A stretch of 64,000 nt of DNA, from positions 316,475 to 380,474 of the forward strand of contig CAJINV010000019.1 in NCBI GenBank assembly GCA_905178155.1, in the 5' to 3' direction. Below are positions 26,601 through 38,517 of the stretch, piece by piece (the first letter of the stretch is position 1; each line of letters starts with the position of its first letter). The translations under genes were made by a program, and so were the position numbers. The notes below the pieces were generated by a model. The model saw only the letters and a program-made list of their open reading frames with translations, did not search any database and had not been told where the DNA came from. This DNA comes from Amoebophrya sp. A120 (lineage: Eukaryota > Protista > Dinoflagellata).

Positions 26601-29497
26601 ACTCTGTTCCAGAAATAAGTAGTCTTCTCGCTGCGACGAGCCTCTTCCTCCATCCGCTTCAACTGTCGTGCGGTCTCGACGGCAGAGACGATGGTCATGG
26701 AGGTTAACGCCGACGGACGTCGTGCTGCTGTATCTTCCAGGTGGTGGTGTTCTTGTAGTTGCACTAACCTCCTAGTTGTATGATCAATACGCTCTTGATG
26801 TTGAAACAGCAGGTTGTCTGCTAGTTCACGTGGTCTGTTCCCGCTGCGCCCTTCTTTGTTCGGTTTCGCAGCAGTGTTGATGTCCAGCGACAGTCCGTAG
26901 TCCGAATCTTCATCCGTCTCGTCTGTCGCCTCCTCTTCCTCGCCCTCCTCCTCTACAAGTACCGCTTCCTCGTCTTCAAGCCGTCTCCTGTCGCTAATCT
27001 GCACGGTGCTGCTGTCGAGTAGGGACTTCTGAAATTTCCGCCCGTCCTTGCACTCGAAGGTCTCGTACGAAGTCGTGCTGTTGGCGCCGCCGGTGCCGGA
27101 TCCACGGGTATGAAACAGTTAGAAACGAATATCATGCCAGCCGCGCCGCCCCCTATATTTAGAGGCAAGAACGTCAGATGAGCGCAGCAGAGAGAGCTGC
27201 AGTTGGAGTTGTGCCTAGGAACAAAGACAATTTAGCGCAAACTTTTGCGGAGTGCTGCCTAGGACAAAGACAAAGCCTTGGCACCAGCGGGGGCACACCA
27301 TCAAGATGCTCTCAACATTTCATACGAAGACAGCAGCGCGGCCTGGTCTGCGAGGTGAGCGCTGAGGACTGCCTCCGTGATTTTGCACCCCGAGAAGCAG
27401 ACGACTACCCGTTCGCACTATCGAATGCAAATATGTCTGGCTCTGGAAGGTTGCCAGGTTTGTCATGCATAGTTTGCATGGCCCATGATTGTCTGTGATG
27501 TGTGCCCTAGCATCACAGATTTTTAGAACCCTTCCTGATGCCTATTCCGCATAAGAAATAACTTCCACCTTCCCGCGTAGAACAAACTGGAATCCTGTTG
27601 CTGCTGGTCATGCAATACAGCTTTTTTTTGAATCCTGAGACAGCATCACAAGTTGCAACCTTCCAGACATCCAGGGATTATACTTGCAATGCATATGCAC
27701 TTTCCGTCCGCGATCTCGCGCCGGTTGTCCGTGCACTGGTTGTAGACCAAGGGTTCCCGTTATGCAAGAAAAAATGTGTGTAAGTGTCGATTTGTGTTGC
27801 AGAACATGCAACAAAGTAATACGCCTGTCATGCCAGACAGCCACGAAGTCCTCTTTTCATGTGTGTTTTCCCTTACAAGTTACGCATGACAGGTTTTGTC
27901 TGTCATGTAGAGCAAATTTGTGATGCTGTTCCTCAAAGAAAGTTTACACTTACACACTTTGCTCCTGGATACCCGTTCCTTGTAGGACAAACACTTCTGG
28001 AAATCCCCGAGCTCCGACGAATATCCTGTGCAAAAGTCTCGTACTCGTATAAATGCAAGTCTTGCATTACAGATCTTTTTCTTAAAGTGAATCAACATTA
28101 CAAATTTTATTTCTCATGCTGAGAAAATTTGTATATGCATTTATACGAGTGCGATACTTTTGCAGTTCATAACGAAAAGCGGCGCTGCAGCGACGTGGTT
28201 GCCGCCGATTGCGCCGCGGGGGTGTAGTAGGTCCCGGTGACCGCGGAGCGGGCGGCGCTGGTGTTCACGGCGTAAAGACTGCTAGAAAAGTATCCTGTGT
28301 AAAAACGTCCCCACGCCAGAGTTGTCATGCAAAAGCGCAATGACAGGAACATTTCTAATGCGCATCTCCATGAGAGGCATTTCTAGTCATGTTCTGGCGT
28401 TTGTAATGCTGTAAACAGGATGAGAAAGTGGCTTTCTCATGCGCCTTCCCTTGCTAACCACCACTACATTGCAGATGGAAAGAACTTGGCATGCACACCT
28501 CCCAAAACTTGACGCTTTGTGTTGCAGATTTACCAACTTGACTATCGCGTGGGGACGTTTTTGCTCAGGATAAAAAGTGGTCCGTCGTGGTCGCCGGGAG
28601 GCTGTAGTTGAAAAATGAGGTGTACGTGTTGCCCTGGTAATGAACCACCGCCAGGCATCATGAGTAAAAATGTCCCCACACCAGAGTTGTCATGCAAATC
28701 TGCATGCGAAAAAAGTTTCTCATGCGGAGCCCAATAAGAGCCATTTTCTTATCCTGATGCTTTGGAATTTGTAATGCTAGAATCAGCATGATATGCTAGA
28801 TCTGTGATGCTTCGGAACTAGCTAAACAGGATTACACTACGAGGATAAATTCGTCATGCGAAACCACCAGAGGTGGCGGATTTGTCTAGCGGATTCCCCA
28901 TCTTGACTCTACTGGGGTGGGGACGTTTTTGCTCAGGATACCAGGTCCGACCGCACCTCGCAGGCACTGTTGTCGGGAAAACTGGCTAACAGGCAGTTAC
29001 GGTGGCAGGTGTCGCGCCGGAGAATTTTTTGTTCCACCTCCCCCATGCCGTACATACCTGCGAATGCGGAGCACACCAGCAAGACCAGCAGGTACGACAA
29101 CAGCCGCAACAGTCGGTGCTTCCAACTCAGCGCCTGCCACTCGGGGAGCTGGGTCTCGGGGTAGTAGGATTTCAGCAGAATGTATCCAGGAAAAAAACTG
29201 TGTAAGTGCAAGAACTTCGTAGGAAGAACAGCATCACAAATTTGTTTTGCATTACAGGGAAAAGAACCTGTCGTGCGCAGCTAGTAATAGTATCAGTGGA
29301 AACCCGTATGAAAGTTGCCTATGACGTCGCACATACAGCACGACAAGCGTTCACAGTTTTGCATTTCCTGCATCACAGACTTACACTTACACAGTTTTTT
29401 TCTTGCATAAAATGTTGTTTTGCCACATGTGGTTCTTCAGCGTCGCCACGCGAATGTGCCCCTCCGGGGAGAGGCACATGAAAAACCAGAACGCCAT
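17687..29497 (-). CDS. Multi-pass membrane protein: voltage-sensor (S1-S4) domain fused to a degenerate class I cyclic-nucleotide phosphodiesterase domain; 25 TIR elements
   Basis: Reassembled frame gives FVLEIALKLFGYG / PWNFFDSVIV / LGLLRLLRLVRV (VSD), then FHGFAHA, YPGLSNDFLI, RYND, ILKTDLSQHF, LADYS, EFFNQGD, SPFCDR, GFI (PDEase_I). The junction at ~27000-27400 is unresolved, so the 5'-most exons may be a separate gene. Confidence 0.8.
17917..18121. mobile_element. Singleton (M), diverged TIR element
   Basis: TIR TATGGATCGCAAAAGCT / TATGCACTGCAAAAGCT; TSD GAAAG/GAAAA; restores EFF|NQGD. Confidence 0.85.
18198..18476. mobile_element. Family B TIR element
   Basis: TSD CGGCG/CGGCG; left end TGT. 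Confidence 0.9.
18573..18835. mobile_element. Family A TIR element
   Basis: TSD GCTCA/GCTCA; right end GTA. Confidence 0.9.
19123..19451. mobile_element. Family D TIR element
   Basis: TSD CGGCA/CGGCA. Confidence 0.9.
19519..19727. mobile_element. Family I TIR element (TATCGCAAGAAAAAACTGYTTCACTGTG)
   Basis: TSD CCATG/CCATG. Confidence 0.9.
19924..20245. mobile_element. Family D TIR element
   Basis: TSD TCGCA/TCGCA. Confidence 0.9.
20298..20959. mobile_element. Family A TIR element carrying a nested insertion
   Basis: TSD CTCCT/CTCCT. Confidence 0.9.
20412..20782. mobile_element. Nested 371-bp insertion with 23-bp direct repeats and a telomere-like end
   Basis: GCATCACAGCTTTCGCAATAAAG at 20389-20411 and 20783-20805; CCTAAACCCTAGACCCATAAAACCCTA near the left end. 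Confidence 0.8.
21197..21462. mobile_element. Family A TIR element
   Basis: TSD CCCCG/CCCCG. Confidence 0.9.
21512..21773. mobile_element. Family A TIR element
   Basis: TSD AGACC/AGACC. Confidence 0.9.
21813..22134. mobile_element. Family D TIR element
   Basis: TSD CCCCG/CCCCG. Confidence 0.9.
22768..22916. mobile_element. Family H TIR element (TATCCTGTGCAAAAGTATCGCACTCGTA)
   Basis: TSD CCCAA/CCCAA. Confidence 0.9.
23015..23334. mobile_element. Family D TIR element
   Basis: TSD TCCAG/TCCAG; left end GAT. Confidence 0.88.
23835..24157. mobile_element. Family D TIR element
   Basis: TSD CTCCC/CTCCC; right end ACA. Confidence 0.88.
24219..24483. mobile_element. Family A TIR element
   Basis: TSD CGCAC/CACAC. 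Confidence 0.88.
24561..24706. mobile_element. Family H TIR element
   Basis: TSD CCAGT/CCAGT. Confidence 0.9.
24765..25074. mobile_element. Family C TIR element (opposite orientation to 311-626)
   Basis: TSD TGAAA/TGAAA. Confidence 0.9.
25245..25514. mobile_element. Family A TIR element
   Basis: TSD ATGGC/ATGGC. Confidence 0.9.
25553..25831. mobile_element. Family B TIR element
   Basis: TSD CAGTT/CAGTT. Confidence 0.9.
25913..26118. mobile_element. Family K TIR element (TATC..AAGAAAAAAAC..TGTTAGTGTAA)
   Basis: TSD CATTC/CGCTC; frame restored. Confidence 0.85.
27419..27695. mobile_element. Family A TIR element (diverged right TIR)
   Basis: TSD CGCAC/TGCAC. Confidence 0.85.
27761..27971. 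mobile_element. Family J TIR element (TATGCAAGAAAAAA..TGTGTAAGTG)
   Basis: TSD CCCGT/CCCGT. Confidence 0.9.
28022..28171. mobile_element. Family H TIR element
   Basis: TSD ACGAA/ACGAA. Confidence 0.9.
28291..28572. mobile_element. Family B TIR element
   Basis: TSD AAAAG/AAAAG. Confidence 0.9.
28656..28940. mobile_element. Family B TIR element
   Basis: TSD CCAGG/CCAGG; left end CAT. Confidence 0.88.
29183..29409. mobile_element. Family J TIR element
   Basis: TSD GAATG/AAATG. Confidence 0.88.
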
Positions 29498-30733
29498 TTT
29501 GTTGCGGCGGGGGGCGGTTTTTGTTCTTCAGCACTAAGTGTCACTGTCAGAGCCGAAAAAGGGAACACACCAAAACCAAAGGACCTCCATGGTCATTAAT
29601 TTGTCTATTTCATGCAACACTTCTGACAAAGGCAGCAGTATATGGAACGGGTTGTGGCCATCAAGCCATCCGTGCAAAAACTCTGACACTCTGATGTGCA
29701 TTACACATCACGGAAGTAGGTTGCGCCGCTTTAACGGCTGCAAATCTTTATTCGTTGTTCGTAATGGCAGCTAAAGTCGGTCGTGGACGAAATTCATGAT
29801 TTGTGGACAGAACATGAAAAACGACGAGACTCACAGAAAAACTACGCACCAGGGCCGGTCCCGTTAACTAGCTTACTAGCAGGTCGCATAACTTTACATA
29901 CATGTGGCAAGAACGCCACACTTGTAAGTACGCACGGTGCAACCACAAAAAAGCCAGTATTTCATCCCCATCTAGTACTCTCTTGGACAGAACACTGCGA
30001 CAGCATTTCAACAGCGAAAATGCTCGCCTCGAGGAACGGACGCAACGTGACTTGACGTCAAACTCAAAGAGAGTGGTGAAAAGAAAATTGAAACGACAAA
30101 AAGACTCTACGATGAAAAATGCAAAAAATTTTACCATGGGCTATTTCGCAGACAGGAAAGTTTTACCCCGCGTCAATGAAGAGGCGCTTTTTCGCCTCTT
30201 GGGCGTGCCACCACGAATGGCAGCAAGACCCACACATCTGAAGATAGATTTCTTTTATCGCCAACTTCTTTTTTCAGTGTGGGAAGAAAGAAGAAGACTC
30301 ACTGGTGTCGTGGAGGTGGACTCTTTTTATTTACTTTTTGGAATGTTGTTGAAAAGATTCTACTAGTATCGGAGATGGTTGCAATTGAAAAGCAGGCAGT
30401 CCTGGTCCTAACGATGGTCCTACTCGTACTTCGGTGTGCATGTGAGAGTACGCCATTTCAACATAACCTAACATCGCTGCCTGTAGCTATCAAACAATAA
30501 TTTCGAGGACACGGACCTACCGGTACCGCCACATACAGAATTCGTTTTTTGAAGCTTAAAAATCATTCATCGTATTTGTAACCACAATCCACTATCGGTA
30601 TCGCCATGGCCGCGATCATGTTGATGACCATGATGAGGTGGATGCTGCATAAAATAGGATTTAGCATCTCACCAGGGATTCATTTTCAGACTAGTCTAAA
30701 GATCAAGCACGTCGTGCGACCGCGTGTCAGCTA

Positions 30734-33700
30734 CTACGCCTGCTGCCCGCCGTCGTCGAATAACGAAGCGTAGCTAACCGGGATTTTCCAGTTCACCCCC
30801 GACGTCATTGTTTTGTTTGCCGCCACAACTGCCTGCGCGGCCGACACCCGGCCACCGCATGATTCCGGTCCGTAGCCTGTCAAGGAGGAAAAAAGACTAC
30901 GACCCGGCTGGTCACCAACCATATCGCTGACGAGTAGATGAGGAGGCTCCTAAAGAGTGCTCAACAACTCGACTTGGAGTAGTTAGCAGTTCCTCTGCAA
31001 GAAATGGACCCATCCCGCAAGTACAAGAAGTACTAGCTTGCGTACTTACTCTAGGTAGGCGAGAAGTGATGCAAAATCCTTTTTCTCCCGTCCTTCACAG
31101 GTCGTGTGCCGAGCCGTAGGCCCTTCCTTCCCCCTCGATACAGCCCTTCAGGAACTTGCACAGCGTTTCGCCACCATTGACGTTGCTGCTGTAGAAGACA
31201 TTCATGCACTATGGAAGGACGAAAAAAAGTTCCTCGTTTAGCAGAAAAGTCGCATGTTGACATGGCATTCTGGTTGTGCAGATGAAAACAAAGATGCAAA
31301 GGCAGCAGTAAAGACGCACTTCCTTGTCCTCATGCTGTTGCTCTTCACAAGAACGAGTGGCACTGTTGTACTTAGGCTTAGCACTGCCAGCATCTAAAGA
31401 GGTTATCGTTATTTTTGAAAACTACGTCTTATTCTACCCGTGCGAACTTTCTGTTTCACGATGAATGTTTTTTCGGATATGCCAAACACCGCATCAACCA
31501 TCGCCGCGTCATGGTACCTACAGAGATAGAGTCATTTTTGTCATTTCCATTTGTCGTGAAAAGGCAGTTTTCTCGGATTGTTCTCATGCTGAACTACATC
31601 AAGGAACGCTAAAAATACGTTCGTATTCATTTTGAGTTCGATTACCATCATCTTCCCCAAATAGACATCACTTTCATACATAAAGCTACATGCGACGTCA
31701 CCACTTACCAAAGTTCCGGAATAAACACGGCGTCGCCGGGGGCCAGCGAAATTTTCGAGATGGTCAGATTCAGAGCGGCGAAACGTTTCCGGAGTCGGTC
31801 CACAATGACTGTTTGCCGTGCGGACTTGTGGTTCTGCTGCTGTTGCTTCTTCTTGCCTGACAAAACGGCGTCAACATGATCTTCGTCCTGACCACTCACC
31901 AACGTCGAAGACGGCGCAGCAGTATTTGCCTCCATTTCCGCGCCCGGTGCGCCGGCGTCCAACATGAGATCTTCCCCGATGCGCAGCAGTTTCCAGAGGG
32001 TTTCGAAGCTGGACGAGTAGGAATTCTTACCGTCGGCTTCCCACTTCCTGGTCGGCGCCGGCTCGTATGGAGTGCAAATATGACTGGGTCTGGGAGAGCA
32101 GATATGCTGTTTTTGCATGACGCAGAAGGTCTGGCATGGAAGATCTAGCATCACAGGTTTCGAGAAGCTCAAGCTTCCGCGATGCCGCATTCGCATTACA
32201 AATCCCCCACTTTGCTCGCAGAAAGTGGGCAGCTTTTGAGACCCATGCATGAGAGATTTTTCTGTCTTCTGAAATGCGCATCACAAGTTTGTATTCTTCC
32301 AGACCCAGACATATTTGCAATCCATAGCTCGGGCGTGGAAACAATTGGCAAGGCGTCAAACAGGTACATGTCCTTCCGCCCAAAGTAGCTGAGCAGCAGG
32401 TTCGAATAGCAGTCGACGTTCGCAAACGCGTGGCTGTTTGGCGACCCACCCCGCAGCACCCGGGACTCGTAGCGCAGGCTCGTGTCGTGCCCCGCCGGGT
32501 CGAGTGGGATTTCCATCGGTGGCGTACTCGGGGATTTCAAAATGGCGTCGTGGAGATACGGCAACACGGGGGAGTTCGCGCCGGGATAGTCCGCGAGATC
32601 TCCCAGCAAGTCCTCCCGCAGGTACAGCTGGTAACTACCGCGGTCCCGTCTTTGCTGTGCCACTACTTCCGCCCGTGGTCCTTGCTCCTGCGCGTTTGTC
32701 GGCGTAGAAGCTCCTGCCGTCGTTTTCTTCTTTACCTTCAACAACTTGCGCATCTGGCCCATCGTGCAGCGAAAATCGGCCGGGCGGTCCAGCAGGCCCT
32801 CCTCGTCCTGAAGGTGCAGGTGCTCGCAGTAGTCCTGGTGGACCGCCTATCCAAGAAAAAAACGCTGTTAGTGTAAATTTGTGATGCGCAGCATGCAAGA
32901 TGATTGCGTCTGTCATGCTTGGCATGCGTCGTAGGGTCCATTAAAGGGCGTTCTCACGTACTATCTGCGCATGACAGCGACAGGTTTTTGCTGTCATGCC
33001 AGACAAATTTGTAATGCTGTTCCTCCAAAAAACTTACACCTTCAATGTTTTTTTCTTGGATACCGCCGGGCCCCACCGCTCCAGGGGGCTCGACCCGTTC
33101 AGCGCGAGCCACACCTGATCATTGCGGATCGGCGCCTCAAAGCGGCCGTACGGAAGGCCCTTGCCGTTGCACAGGTTCTCGTACCGCCGTTCGGAGCCAA
33201 ACTTACCAAACTTTTTCTCAAAGTAATCGTGGGGGGCCGCGTATCAATTGCAAATATGTCTGGGTCTGGAAGATTCTGAGACTTATCATGCTCGTTTTGC
33301 ATGAGCCATGATGTCTGTGATGCATGCCCGCCTAGCATCACAGGTTTTTTGAGGGCTCGGCTTCTTGATGCCTATTGCTATTCCGCATCATGACGCATGC
33401 CCTCTCTGCGTAGCCAAAATTAGATTTCCTTTGCTGCTCACGCAATACAGATTTTTTTGAAATCCAGACGCAGCATCACAACTTGCATTCTTCCAGACCC
33501 AGATGTCTGCAGCACTGGATACCGCGTACAGGGTCAACAGGTTTTCAGAAACATCCTCGTCCTCCTCATCCATTTGCCCGGGCGGGTAGCCTATCAAATG
33601 TAAAAATGTCTGGGTCTGGAAGGGTGCAACTTGTGATGCTGCCTTTGGATTCTACATAAAATCTGTACATGAACAGGAAAAGAGTTCCAGTTGTTGCTAC

Positions 33701-34750
33701 GCAAAGAGGGCATTTCTCATGCGGTAGGAGCATCAGAAAGCTCAGAATCTGTGATGCTAGGCATGCATCACAGACATCATGACTCATGGAAAATATGCAT
33801 GACAAACCTCGCAAGTACTCATCCAGACCCAGACATTTTTGCATTTCATACAGTCCTCCGCGGGGAGATCCTCGTACGACGCAGTTAGCTTGTCTTTTCC
33901 TTTTTCGCGATTCGAGCTGACGACGCCCTTCATGTCGCCAGGCGTCTCCCCTCGCCGCTTCTCCTCCGCTCGCATGCGCTGGTCCTCCTGCTCCTGTGCG
34001 TTGCAAAAATGTCTGGGTCTGGAAAGAGTGGAACTTGTCATGCTAAATCTCAAGCATGAAAAAATTTGTGTTGCGTGATTGCCAAAAGCCATGCACTTTT
34101 GACCAAGTTGAGGGGGAGTTTCTCATGCAGCACAATAGGCACGATAAAGACCTCACAGAATCTGTCATGCGAAGCCCTGCATTTCAGACCTCATGGGGCA
34201 TTGCAATCCAGCATCACAAATCTTGCAATCTCCCAGACCCAGACATATTTGCATTTGATAGCTCCACGCCCTCCACGATTGCGTCCAGCGACTCCACGCC
34301 CCGCGGCACCCCGACGTTCCGCAGGATCAACGGAACGCGGGCCTTCACGTGGCTACCAAGCAGTTCCAGAAGCGTTTCACTCTTCCAACCGTCTTTGTAC
34401 TCCGAAAACTCCACTTCCTGGATGTCCGCAAACCGGAAGGACGTAGGCACTGCAGTGGTTTTCTTGTTTCCGCCTGTCGTAGTAGATGACTCAGGTGGTG
34501 CTTGTGACTCGTACGTCCTAAATAGCTCGTTTTCATTTTTCTCTATCATGTTCTCGTGCCCGCCCGCCTCGAGGCTTGTTTCGGCGTTTTTGTTGAGGTG
34601 TTCTGACGTGGCTGATTGGTTAGAAGTGTCCTCAGCTCCTGCCTCCAATCCTGAGGAAGATGTGTGAGTTTTGCTCTCGCTTCTGGACGAATCCTTATCC
34701 CCGCGCGCGACACCGCCACTGATGGTAGCGTTCGCGGTTCGACTTCCCAT
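30734..34750 (-). CDS. JmjC/cupin-like protein, paralogue 1 (N-x-D...H); 5 TIR elements; 5' end may extend upstream (possibly ~36395)
   Basis: VPLILRNVG, YQLYL, AFANVDCYSNLL...GRKDMYLFD, LAPGDAVFIPELW|YHD, MNVFY, YGPESCGGR; collinear with paralogue 2. Confidence 0.75.
32066..32326. mobile_element. Family A TIR element
   Basis: TSD GCTCG/GCTCG. Confidence 0.9.
32848..33062. mobile_element. Family K TIR element
   Basis: TSD CCGCC/CCGCC. Confidence 0.9.
33242..33521. mobile_element. Family A TIR element
   Basis: TSD CCGCG/CCGCG. Confidence 0.9.
33592..33850. mobile_element. Family A TIR element
   Basis: TSD TAGCC/CAGTC. Confidence 0.85.
33995..34260. mobile_element. Family A TIR element
   Basis: TSD GCTCC/GCTCC; left end TGT. 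Confidence 0.88.
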
Positions 34751-35152
34751 GGCATCTGCATCTCCGGCAAGCGGGGTAACGTCCTTCTGTTCCTCCGGTG
34801 TTTGGTGATCCGGGGGTAGGTGCAGCTGCGACGGGGAAGAGTATAAGTGACTGCAAACAACAGTTGTGTCTGGTCGTGGGTCTACGTAGTTGTAGAGTAA
34901 TCACAGGAATACGGCTCTGTACAATCTCTGTCTGTGAGGGGCCTAAGACTGTGAAAAGACATATGGATGCAAAACAAAATCATGTAAATCATTTCTCATT
35001 CAATTCTCCGCAGACCCTAGCAAACAAGACCGAATCTGAATTGCATACGAAGTACTGCACCGCGATGGCGACGAAAACGGAAACCACCGCAAGAGTCGTA
35101 TCCGGAAAAAAAGCGTGTCAATAACATCTCTGACTTGCTGATGTTGCAACAG

Positions 35153-35951
35153 AATGAATGGACCCTTTGATGTCGTGCTTATCTTTTTCCCACCTGGCCC
35201 AAAAAAAAATTTGCCAGGCCAGGTAAAAGAGTGCCGTGGTGTTTGGGCCAACTTTTTTTGGGCCGATGCGGTCTTTTTCCTTCCGATCGCAATGCTATGC
35301 TCTTACCGAGCCTCAAAGTCTGGAGGCCCAGGTAAGAGCACAGCGTGCTGCTTGTACTTCAAGATCGCCCCCCCTTATCTGGCCACTTTCCCGGGCCAGA
35401 ACATTTTCGCATCAGAAACACCACGCTCCCCCATCATCGATCTGGCCACTTTCTCGGGCCAGGAGAATTTCGCATCACAAGCGCACCGCTGTGACAGTGC
35501 CTGGCCTTAAAACCTGGCAGCCCCGGCAAAAGAATGCCGTGGCGCCTGTGCCAACTTTTGCGGGCCAGAGCAATCTTTTTCCCAGGCGCCAGGGTATGCT
35601 CTTACTTGGTCCGAGAGTCTAGGCCCAACTAAAAGCATAGCGCGGCGCTTGCGCTGCAAGATTACCCCCTTCACCTGGCCACTTTCTCGGGCTAGGGCAG
35701 GCACCTTGTGGCCACTTCTCATCGGCCCGGGAAATTTTGGTCAGAATTGTTCTCATTTTTCGCCCAGCTCGCGACTTCGGTGACTGTTTTTATTCTCCGT
35801 TCGATCGCGTGCCGCAGAACTGCAGACGCTTTTTCGGAAAACAGAAACCATCTATTTCAAATCTATTTGGAATCTATTCCGAATCTATATGGCTGTCGAA
35901 GTCTCCCATTGCCAATGAATGGACCCTTCGACGTCGTGCTTATCTTTTTCC
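35153..35951. repeat. ~800-bp segment bounded by 38-bp direct repeats, with internal diverged duplication
   Basis: AATGAATGGACCCTTYGAYGTCGTGCTTATCTTTTTCC at 35153-35190 and 35914-35951; repeated CTGGCCACTTTCYCGGGC units inside. Confidence 0.65.
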
Positions 35952-38517
35952 ATTCGCTTTTTGGTTACCTGAAACTTTTTCTTTTTCACGGTTTCTGTGT
36001 CACCACAGCTGATGTTAACTTGTTGTCCCTTTGACTTGTGGCACAAGAACATTATGACGGCATAATGCCGTCGTATTGGTTGCACCTACAACCACTTGCA
36101 CACCACCACTTACAAGAAATGGACCTGTAATAACCTGGAATGGTCAGTGCTGAGGTACTAGAGCAGTTGCTTTTACAACAATACGCTTTTTCTACCTGTG
36201 ATACAGTTTCAATCCCCTGTACCACCAGAGCGACGACTCGTGTTGCTGCTCGCGGCTCGAGACGGCAAGATTTTTAGGCACTCCTTCGGCGCGAGACGCG
36301 GGCTTTCCTTTTGCATTACCCTCGCCTGGGAGCGCTGGTTGAGATGACGAAGACGAGGCGGGGCGAGCAGAAGTAGCTCTTGGCGATGCTGGCATCTTGT
36401 ATCGTGCTGCAACTATGAGGCTGAAATCAAGTACTTTTCGGTATTTTTCAGGCCGAAGAGGTAGGACGCCACCAAGCTGCAATACTATCGGCGCTAATCT
36501 ATTCCTACGTGATCCCTTAGACAGAGCTCTATCCTGCAGTCTTTGCAGATGAGAAAGTGAATAAAAAATTGGACCGACGTGTTATTCTGAAACCTTATTT
36601 TTTCCGACCGAGGCGCATTTATGTACACCTTTGGCTCTTGTTTCAGAGGCAGCGACGCCAGCTGCGATCGCCTTCTGGCCCAAATCAAAAAGTCCACGGA
36701 GGTCTTTCTATTTTTTTTTTCCCGCGTGCGGAATACATGCGGTTGAAAAAAATCATGTTTGCAGCCGTAATTTGCTCAGCACTTCACTTGCGATTCAGGT
36801 TTTCAAAACACAACACACGCACGCGCGTGAGCGACCACACGCAAGGAAGCACGCACGAAAGTCCCTTTTTTCCTCTTTCCTCTGTCCTTTTCCTCTTTCC
36901 TTTTGCTTTTCCATTTCCTTTTCGGCAAGTAAAAGTAATAAATATTTCGACTAGAACTCAATAGAAAAAATAGAGAAGCTCTAAAATGGAACTGCCACAG
37001 CTCCGGATCACAGAGATAGTACGCCTACATACTTACAGTGCAAAGGCTGCGAAAGCCTTTCCTCCCTGATCTTGTAGTAAGTTAGCGAAAGCGAATCATA
37101 TTTGGCATAATATATAATCTACTTACTTCCTTTTTCGCTTGCCTGGGCGTCGCTGGCGTGAATCATAGTTCAAGCCCCTAAAAAAAGTGATCCAAATTAC
37201 CTCTTTATCTTTTCTCCAGATACGTATGATGATGATCGCTGGGCACCCTTCTAAGAATAACGAACATAGCTAAACGCCGCGGCGGAGGTAGTGGGGTCGC
37301 TTGCGCTTCTTGCCTTCGTCCTGCCCTGCCCGCGGCCCAGCCGCGCGCCTGCTTTTCGCGGGCCCGCCGGGCAGTCTGTCGCGGATAACGTTACGGCCTT
37401 TTGCAAGTTGCATAAATTTCTCTCCGGAAGCCAGCCACAACGCTTTGGGGCCGATCCGGGCGCCGCGGGGGGCGCCCAAAAAGCAAAGAAAAATCGGGGC
37501 CAAAGCCCGCGAGCTTCTGTGCTTCGTGCCTCTGGCGCGCTTTTTCATTTTTGTGTATGTCTCCATTTTCTTACGGCTGCACTTTTTCAAGAGCTACCGA
37601 ACACCAGAGCCCGCCGAAAAAGTGGCCGCTCTCATGGCGGTCGGACTGCCATCAAAAGCGCCCCAACATCGTGGCCGCACCATGCGGCTTCGGCGTTCTG
37701 AGTTTGCGCGCGCTTTTTTTTGGCGATCTTTTGGGCGCCGCAAATCGCCAGAATCCGAGGCGGCCGGCGCCTCCGACGGACGCCGATTTTAATCACTTGC
37801 CATCGTCGTTTTATCAATATCAATCGCGGACCGCTATATCTCCGCCGCGGGTCGTCGTGAACAAAGCCAGACATTGCCTCTTCTTAAGTAAAAAAAAAGC
37901 AAAGCAGGATTGAGAACTGCCGCTCGTCTTTGGTGATTCCTGTCAAAGAGTTTTTTCGTTTCTTTTCGCGGACATCAATCTATCGGGATCAACGATATGG
38001 TTTTTCATTGACAATTTCTATTTCATCCTTTTAATAACGGCAAAAAATGGCAAATAGCACGCCTCGACACTGAAACTAGGTTTTTTGTCAACAAACGGTA
38101 TACGGTTACTTTTCATTTTTTGAACATTGTCCTCCTTCGGGATAGATACATAAACTCAGTCCGTCTCGCCCGGCGATGGCGGGTAAAATGATTGAAAATT
38201 CAAATTTGTAGGTCAAGACCGCCTTCAACATCTTCTGCGTAAGTAGGCAATCCCAACTCGAGTCTCTGAAGATTTTTTTGAAAAAGCAAAATAAAAACTG
38301 CTACTGTAGACAGCTGAAAGTGATGCTCGCGTTGTGAAGCCTGAGAGAGGGAGTGAGAGCTCATCCTCAATCTCATGTTGGCCAATGCTTTACGAAATCA
38401 TCTATCCTTGATACTTATCCCAGCAAAATTTACCTCAACATGCTTCCGGCCAACAAAAGTAGAACAAGATGAAGATCGTGATCATTTCTTTCCACCTAGA
38501 TAAGTAAAAAAATCTTT

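Noticed and set aside
36480-38200. GC-rich and poly-A/T patchy region resembling a transposon
   Set aside because: No TIR, TSD or credible ORF identified.
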